Shown here piece after piece: positions 1-6,501 of a stretch of 19,945 bases of DNA. The notes below the pieces were generated by a model that worked only from the letters and a program-made list of their open reading frames with translations, searched no databases and was not told where the DNA came from. A program made the translations under genes and the position numbers. The number at the start of each line of letters is the position of its first letter. Position 1 is the first letter of the stretch. This DNA comes from an uncultured bacterium (GTDB lineage Bacteria; CSSED10-310; CAZUFC01), in the NCBI GenBank assembly GCA_964619725.1, contig CAZUFC010000138.1, positions 1 to 19,945 of the forward strand. The letters run 5' to 3'.

Positions 1-689
1 GATTGTCCAAAAATTTGGGCTGATTTTGACCCTATTTTAACGATTTCTGAAGTTCTTCTTTCTTTCTCAAATTTATCAATATCGCCGATTTTCACTAGAA
101 ACGGACCGTCCCATATGCCTATGGCGTCACGTGTCTGACATTTGTAAAGGTGATAATCTTCAGATTCAACGCCCGCACTTTTTACGACAATCTCGGAATG
201 CTGTCTGAACAACCTTTGTAATAATTGTTCATATTCATCGGTCAATTCAATTCCCGCTTCCAGATTCATTTTTAAATTTAGGTTCGTATTCATCAGAAGA
301 TAATGGCGGACTTTTTGGCGTAAAACGTCTCCAAACTTTGGGTCCGATTTCTGGATAAAATCCTTGGAGCCGTAGACGAAGGTCTTTATTACTTCTTCCG
401 GTAAAAAATGAGCGTAAGCGGACGTCATAATAACCGGAACGTCTGAATTTAACTTCACCAGATTAAGTACTGCGTTAACGCCCGTTTCACCTTTTGCAGG
501 CGAATTTTTGCTTTTGGGTATCCTTAAATCGACAAGGCTAAGGTCAAAGGAAAATTTTTTGAATAATTCAATTCCTGAATCCATAGTCGATTCTGAATGA
601 ATCTCATAATTTTCAGATTCAAGAGCATCGTAAAGTATCTCAATCCATTCTGACTCGTCCTCAATTATTAATATCCTTCCTTTTCTCAT
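1..689 (-). CDS. Response regulator: canonical N-terminal receiver fused to a probable protein-kinase-like (phosphotransferase/TCAD9-like) domain; 3' end truncated by the window edge
   Basis: Not in the ORF track; translated by hand from ATG at 689 (upstream GGGGGG RBS): MRKGRILIIEDESEWIEIL...FDLSLVDLRIP...PVIMTSAY...DFIQKSDP. The acidic pair, phospho-Asp, T/S and Lys are all present. It continues LLQRLFRQHSEIVVK...GPFLVKIGDIDKFEKE with no stop up to position 1. Confidence 0.85.
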   Translation of the reverse strand, partial: MRKGRILIIEDESEWIEILYDALESENYEIHSESTMDSGIELFKKFSFDLSLVDLRIPKSKNSPAKGETGVNAVLNLVKLNSDVPVIMTSAYAHFLPEEVIKTFVYGSKDFIQKSDPKFGDVLRQKVRHYLLMNTNLNLKMNLEAGIELTDEYEQLLQRLFRQHSEIVVKSAGVESEDYHLYKCQTRDAIGIWDGPFLVKIGDIDKFEKERRTSEIVKIGSKSAQIFGQ

Positions 690-755
690 CTTGTCCCCCC
701 TCTTAAAGGTTGGGTTATTCTACCACTTTTCTATCTGCTTCAAATTTTCAAAAAT

Positions 756-784
756 ATTATAGCCTTTTTTAAAATAATGGTCAA
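756..784 (-). promoter_or_regulatory. Sigma70-type promoter for the response regulator gene
   Basis: Minus strand TTGACC (784-779), 17-bp spacer, TATAAT (761-756), about 67 bp upstream of the ATG at 689. Confidence 0.7.
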
Positions 785-1007
785 TACAAATCAGAATATG
801 TTGCTCTTGCACATTTTTTCTCGCCGTCTTCATTAATTTATCTTTAAATACAATGGATTATCAGAACAACTTATTGGAAACCACAGAAAAATAACAGGAA
901 AAAGTGTGTTATCTTTTTATATTTTTTGAATTTCTATCGAGTCTACAGGCTGTATATGCTGCTCACTCAGCATTGATAACTTCGCTGAGTTTTGAATAGT
1001 AATTTTT

Positions 1008-1355
1008 TCAAATAGTCAAAGCGGAAAACAACTCGCTTTTATTGACTATGGTTTTAAATCCTTCAGCGCTGTATGGTTTTTTGTGAACATATAAAGCGCC
1101 GTCGCGCATATACTGGGTGATTTTTTCCAGTCCTAAATTGGAACCGACAATTACGACCGGTATTCCCGGAAATTTACGCTTAACGTTTTTTAATAATTCC
1201 GGCCTTTCATTCATGTCGGGATTCAAAACAATCAAATCATAGTTATTCTTCGGCGATACAGTTTTTTTGACAACATCGATTTTAAATTCCTTTTTCAAAC
1301 GCTCAGATATACTGACTCCCCAACGTTTGTCGTCTGTGATTAAAAGAATTTTCAT
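1008..1355 (-). CDS. Single-domain receiver (CheY-like) protein, atypical (Asn at the phospho-Asp position)
   Basis: MKILLITDD...YDLIVLNPDM...IPVVIVGS...GALYVHKKPYS receiver pattern; AGGGG RBS; 33 bp downstream of the kinase stop. Confidence 0.85.
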   Translation of the reverse strand: MKILLITDDKRWGVSISERLKKEFKIDVVKKTVSPKNNYDLIVLNPDMNERPELLKNVKRKFPGIPVVIVGSNLGLEKITQYMRDGALYVHKKPYSAEGFKTIVNKSELFSALTI

Positions 1356-1388
1356 CTGGTTACCCCTGCTTTACCCACACTGGATTTA

Positions 1389-4300
1389 TTATGAATCATA
1401 GCATTTCCTCAATTTAAGAAAAAAACTGACTCCTTCTCCATAATTATTCCTGACAGAAATTTCGCCGCGCATATTCCGCATAACATGCTTGCAAAACCAA
1501 AGCCCGAATCCGGACCCCGGTCCCTTAGTACTGTAAAATGGGGCAAAAATGTATTCTTCCTGCTCCGGTGATATGCCGCCGGCGTTATCCGAAAATTCTA
1601 TCACTATGAAATCATCTCCGAATTCGATTGATCTGATTTTTATAAACATTTCATCCTTCGGCGCTTTTTTAAATGCCTCCAGAGAATTGACAATAAGATG
1701 ATGAATAACGCTCAGAAATTTGTCAGAATCCGCTGATATCTTCGGGAGTTCATCGGAAATTTCCAAGATAAAATTGACGTCCATGAAATTGTTGGCAGCT
1801 AAAGCATCTGTATATATTCGATATATTTCGCTCGTCATCAAGTGAAGCTCGACTGGAACAGTTTCAATATTCGACATAGGCACTGCCAGGTCCTTCTTAA
1901 GTTTCAACAAGCTCGTCAGGTTATTTTTAATTTGGATAAAACGTTCTTTGAAAATCGCTTTTTCAGGCTCTTTCATCTGGGGTTCTTTGAGCCATTTTCC
2001 CAAGTAATAATTAGCAGCGCCCAACCTGGTTTCAATCCAGTGACCGTATTCACGCATAGCCAGATTGTAAGCGCGAGACCGTTGTTCCTGTTCTGATTTT
2101 TCCTTTATCTGAGTGTTATTGATGGCTACGGCCGCCTGTCTTCCCAATATTTCAAAAATCATTTCATCATCTCCAACGAAAGCTTTTTTCTTCGACGAAA
2201 CCGCCGCCAGCAAACCAATTTTTCTTTCTTCACAGATCAAAGGTACCAGCAATTCCGATCTGATCTTTTCTCCGCCCTTTAACCCTACGCAGTGACTGAA
2301 AATTGACTCCCTATCAGAATCATTTATCCGACGAACTTTTTTCTCATTCATCCAATCGACAAACTCCTTTGACACACTCATCAAGTCCGTCCCTTCAATT
2401 TTAACTGTTTTTGAATCGTATATCAAAATTTTGAACTGTTTATTGATGGGATCATACCGGAAAATGATCAAATCAGCGTTCAAAATGTTCGCGCCTTTTT
2501 CGATTATCGTTTTCAACACTTCATCCAGTTCCAAAGATGAGGTAATGGCTGCCGTGACTGTTGAAAGGTTCTTTAAGCGCCTGACCTGCTTACGGATTCT
2601 GCTGTCGGCCTTAACAAAATGTCCTGCATTTGTGAGGGCAATCATGGCATAATCAGCCAGTCTGACCATGGATTCTCTGTGCTTATCAAAAGCATTCTTT
2701 CTTAAGGATTTTAAATTTAAAACGCCTCTGGTTCTACCTTCTGAACTCAGTTTAACCGCGAGAACCGATTGGATATTTTGTTTGATAAGCTCATTATAAC
2801 CTTTAAAAAAATCGGGGGCGTCAGAGGGATTTTTGTAATAAATATAAGGCTCCTCGCTTTTGTATACTTCACGGGTAGTGGAAAGCTTTTGCGGTGTGAT
2901 GATGTCCTTCTGTATCTTCTTTTTTTGAGCATCACTCAAGCCTTTAGCAGAGATTATCTCGAAACTTACCGGATCAACCCCTTTTCCCACATAACCGTAT
3001 GCGCTTCCTGTCACTTCAAGAGCATTATCAAGGATTGCATCAATAACGGATTTTTCATCTCTCACCTGGGAAAGGATTTTTTTTGAAATATCATCGATCA
3101 ATTTCATATTCTTGTTATATTCTTCTTTATCAAACGCCATGGAAAGGACTTTTGCAGCTTTTTCAAGAGTGTTTTGAGTATGCGAGGAAAACCGCCTCTT
3201 ACCGAAACCTATCTTTCGAATGACCATCATGACAGCCTGAATTTCTTTTTCTTTTTCCACAGGAACGAAAATCGCGTGAAAACCTGTTTCTGAAAGCATT
3301 TCATTAATGTCTTTCAATTCATTAACTATCTGATTCGATAAGTCCGGATTATCCTGGAGTTCTGGAACATCATTAATGATTCTTGCTTTCATGTCGCAAA
3401 GGATTTTCCGGAACAGCGCATTCGGAATTCTATTGGTTTCGAATGCCGGCTTCTTGTTTTCGCTGTTAATGATTCCTTTATCATCATAATGAATCCGACG
3501 GAAAACTTCTTTTTTCCCGTTGTTCATGAAACATTTAACGATGTGGGACCGTATCCGCCATTTTCCCGTACTGACATGCTCAAAAATAAGTCCTTCGTCC
3601 GCTTCCAAAGTCCTGACCATGGTTTCAAGCCCCGCATAATAATAGTCCTTTTCGGGACCCTTATCATGTAAAATGATGTTCAGATCAGCAAGGATGTCTC
3701 TCTCCCGCAGAGTTAAAGCACGATCGACAGCTCTCACAGCTTCATTTCCAAACAGTTTTAAAATCTGCATATCTGAATCGGAGATGGGTTTTTCTTCAAA
3801 TTTATTATCCACATAGAGGACCCCCTGCCTTTCAGGCGTAAAAAGAGGAATCACTGCAAAATGTTCGCTGGCGATATTTTCAACCAATTCCACATTTATC
3901 GGAGCGTCTCCTCTTCCGGGATGATAATTGAAGGTTCGTCTCTTTTTGGCGCATTCGGATAGAACCGTATCACCGGCGGACAAATTTATTTCCATATTTA
4001 TTATAGTCCTATTGAAAGGATCGGAAAAATCAATATAAGGTCTTTCCTGCGAAAGCAGTTTATCTAAATTTAACTCTTTATCGACCATGTCCTCCCATTT
4101 CCTTTTCGCTTCTTCGGCAGTCAAGGACCCCACGCCGAGCATTCCATCCAGCACGTCACGTTTCTCATCATACAGAAAAAGAGCCGCCCTGTTAAAAGCC
4201 AGTCCGTCTTTGATGGTTACGCCTGTCAATGTATAATACATGGTTTCATTTAAAGAACATTGAGCGCTTTGAATGTTGGCGCTGACCCGGGCCAATGTTT

Positions 4301-6227
4301 TCATGGCATTGTTTCTTTCTCTTTCTTTCTGAATAAGTCGTTCTTTCCAGATGGCTATGGCGGCCTGATCAGCGAATCGCGTGAGAATCGGCATATCCGA
4401 GCTTAAATCGAAAGCATCTTCCCTGCTGACGTTCGATAGCTGAAGGACTCCGATCGGTTTATTGTCATAGCGAAGAGGAATACTAAGTATTGATTTATCG
4501 TCATGTTCAAGCAGGTCATCAAGCCATTTAGGGTCTGCCTCCAAAACAGTCCCATCCATTAGCTCCAGTTCCGCTTTTCCCGTTTCAGTAAATCTTTTCG
4601 CATAAACGGCCTGATCCCTCTGCAGGCATATTCCGCACAGACCTTCGTCGCTGCGTATTTCAATATCTTTTAATTTTCTTTTAGTCATTCCCTCCACCAT
4701 GCTGACTTTTAATTTACTTTTGCCTTTCACCAATTCCAGTATTCTTACTTCGTCAGCCTGAGGAAAAAGTTCGTAACATTTCTGCGCTACAATTTTCAAC
4801 GTTTCCTGCAAATCCTGTTTAGTTCCGATCGCTTTCGTTATATTTTCCATGTCTTTCATGATCTTGTAGCTTCGAGAAGTATTCTCGATTATTACGGCAT
4901 ATTGTCCCAATGATTCCAATAAGCTTAGCTCCATATCAGTAAAGCAGCTTTTTCCTTCAAACCTGTCTACGGAAAGTACACCCTGAATCTTATTATCTTT
5001 TGCGATCAGGGGGACGCCCATCTGACATCGGACATCTTTATCATCTGCAACCTTGTACCCCCTCTTCTTGATATCCTCTATTCTCGGCTTGCCCTCTTTA
5101 AATATTTCGACGACCAATCTCTTCTTTTCATTGAGAGAAATTTCACACGGACCAGTCTGATAGAGTTCGCAGTCCAATCCACAGCGACAAACCAACGCAT
5201 TCTTATGGGGATCATACATCACGAGACACCCTCTGTCTGCATTCGTCAGTTCATCAGCATGCTGAATAATTCCGGCCAGGATTCTATCATCATGATGATG
5301 CTGCAGTAGGTTTATGTTTTCTCCGACTTTGTTGAATGCCGCAATAATTTCATTGCGGTAACGGGCATTCTGTATCGCCACTGCAGCCTGATTGGCGAGC
5401 GATTCCATCAGCAGCGCTTCTTTTTGTTTAAAGCCTCCTGTACCTTTTTTATGTGCATTCATCGCTCCAAGTATGTTATTTCTGTATATGAGAGGAACCG
5501 ACAGCATTGAGAGCAGATTCAGAGGCGCGAATTCTTCAATGTATTTATGTTTTTTACCCTTGTATTTTTTCCTGATATCAGCAATATTTGCTGTTTCTCC
5601 TGTTGCAGCGACGGTTCCCGTAATTCCTTCCTCGACCTTCATTTCAAATTTTTTCAAAAATTCGTCACTGTATCCTTCAGATGCGGCAATTTCCAGGTCG
5701 GTTCCCTTTTTCAAAATAATCGAGCATGGAAACCAGCCTAAAATATTTTTTATTGTCCTTACAATTTCATCCCGAATTATTTCGTGCGAATAATCAGAAC
5801 AAATTGTTTTTCCGACTTCATCAATCAGAAGCATTTTTCTATTGTAATCTCTTTCATTTAAACATTTTTGAACGGCGAATTCGATTTCACGTCCCGTTAT
5901 CTCCTTTTCCAGAAACGCATAGGCTTCGACTTTGTTTAAATCTTCTGACCAGGCTTCTTCGCCTTGATCAGTCAACAATATTATGGAGACTCCAGGATAT
6001 TCCTTCTTTATCTCACGTGCAGATTCCAGTCCCGTTAAACCTTTTTTTCCATATTTTATATTCATGAGCAAAATATCAAATCCGCCGTCCTGACTTCTTA
6101 TAAGCTTCAGGGCTTCTCGTCCTGAATCAACTTCTTCAACAGAGTAATTATGTTTTAAGAGACGTTCTCTAAAATCATTTTTGCTGTCTTTATAGTCAAT
6201 GATCAATATTTTCGGTCTTTCATACAT
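1389..6227 (-). CDS. Hybrid sensor histidine kinase: atypical REC, about 7 GAF domains, HisKA-like domain, HATPase_c; no obvious transmembrane helix
   Basis: N-terminal KILIID...FDILLMN receiver. Repeated GAF signatures (SMLSVPL..ILGAMN..LANQAAVAIQNAR; MGVPL..GVLSVD; SILSIPL..IGVLQL..ADQAAIAI; FAVIPL..GVLYVDN; SVLAVKL..GVLNL; SELLVPL..IGLL..GRQAAVAINN). C-terminal N/G1/F/G2 boxes LIVNSLEA, DNAGGI, FAPFYSTK, GSGFGL. GGAGG RBS. Confidence 0.93.
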   Translation of the reverse strand: MYERPKILIIDYKDSKNDFRERLLKHNYSVEEVDSGREALKLIRSQDGGFDILLMNIKYGKKGLTGLESAREIKKEYPGVSIILLTDQGEEAWSEDLNKVEAYAFLEKEITGREIEFAVQKCLNERDYNRKMLLIDEVGKTICSDYSHEIIRDEIVRTIKNILGWFPCSIILKKGTDLEIAASEGYSDEFLKKFEMKVEEGITGTVAATGETANIADIRKKYKGKKHKYIEEFAPLNLLSMLSVPLIYRNNILGAMNAHKKGTGGFKQKEALLMESLANQAAVAIQNARYRNEIIAAFNKVGENINLLQHHHDDRILAGIIQHADELTNADRGCLVMYDPHKNALVCRCGLDCELYQTGPCEISLNEKKRLVVEIFKEGKPRIEDIKKRGYKVADDKDVRCQMGVPLIAKDNKIQGVLSVDRFEGKSCFTDMELSLLESLGQYAVIIENTSRSYKIMKDMENITKAIGTKQDLQETLKIVAQKCYELFPQADEVRILELVKGKSKLKVSMVEGMTKRKLKDIEIRSDEGLCGICLQRDQAVYAKRFTETGKAELELMDGTVLEADPKWLDDLLEHDDKSILSIPLRYDNKPIGVLQLSNVSREDAFDLSSDMPILTRFADQAAIAIWKERLIQKERERNNAMKTLARVSANIQSAQCSLNETMYYTLTGVTIKDGLAFNRAALFLYDEKRDVLDGMLGVGSLTAEEAKRKWEDMVDKELNLDKLLSQERPYIDFSDPFNRTIINMEINLSAGDTVLSECAKKRRTFNYHPGRGDAPINVELVENIASEHFAVIPLFTPERQGVLYVDNKFEEKPISDSDMQILKLFGNEAVRAVDRALTLRERDILADLNIILHDKGPEKDYYYAGLETMVRTLEADEGLIFEHVSTGKWRIRSHIVKCFMNNGKKEVFRRIHYDDKGIINSENKKPAFETNRIPNALFRKILCDMKARIINDVPELQDNPDLSNQIVNELKDINEMLSETGFHAIFVPVEKEKEIQAVMMVIRKIGFGKRRFSSHTQNTLEKAAKVLSMAFDKEEYNKNMKLIDDISKKILSQVRDEKSVIDAILDNALEVTGSAYGYVGKGVDPVSFEIISAKGLSDAQKKKIQKDIITPQKLSTTREVYKSEEPYIYYKNPSDAPDFFKGYNELIKQNIQSVLAVKLSSEGRTRGVLNLKSLRKNAFDKHRESMVRLADYAMIALTNAGHFVKADSRIRKQVRRLKNLSTVTAAITSSLELDEVLKTIIEKGANILNADLIIFRYDPINKQFKILIYDSKTVKIEGTDLMSVSKEFVDWMNEKKVRRINDSDRESIFSHCVGLKGGEKIRSELLVPLICEERKIGLLAAVSSKKKAFVGDDEMIFEILGRQAAVAINNTQIKEKSEQEQRSRAYNLAMREYGHWIETRLGAANYYLGKWLKEPQMKEPEKAIFKERFIQIKNNLTSLLKLKKDLAVPMSNIETVPVELHLMTSEIYRIYTDALAANNFMDVNFILEISDELPKISADSDKFLSVIHHLIVNSLEAFKKAPKDEMFIKIRSIEFGDDFIVIEFSDNAGGISPEQEEYIFAPFYSTKGPGSGFGLWFCKHVMRNMRGEISVRNNYGEGVSFFLKLRKCYDS

Positions 6228-6362
6228 TTTTTCATCCTCCTGAACATCAGCGAGCTACAGGCAACAGGGCAATCGCGTTTATAAAATTTAATGTCCAAGT
6301 CATCTCTGTCTTATTCATTACTGAATTAAGCGCTTTTGCGATTCTCACCGTTGTTTTCAAGT

Positions 6363-6393
6363 ATTATGTAACAGGAAAGCAGAAAATAGTCAA
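6363..6393 (-). promoter_or_regulatory. Possible sigma70 promoter of the kinase gene
   Basis: Minus strand TTGACT (6393-6388), 17 bp, then TACATA (6370-6365) preceded by TGn; CATAAT at 19-bp spacing is an alternative -10. Confidence 0.4.
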
Positions 6394-6501
6394 AAAAATC
6401 GTCGCCGTCCGCAGAATGTATAAGAAACCGCAGCGCTTTGCCGGCATTAAAAACCAAATGGCGAATCGAATTTATGGACATGCGCGAATTAAGGGTAATC
6501 G

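Noticed and set aside
965-990. ACTCAGC-N12-GCTGAGT hairpin as an intrinsic terminator
   Set aside because: It lies just after the 115-aa gene, but has a short stem, a long loop and no U-tract on the minus strand.
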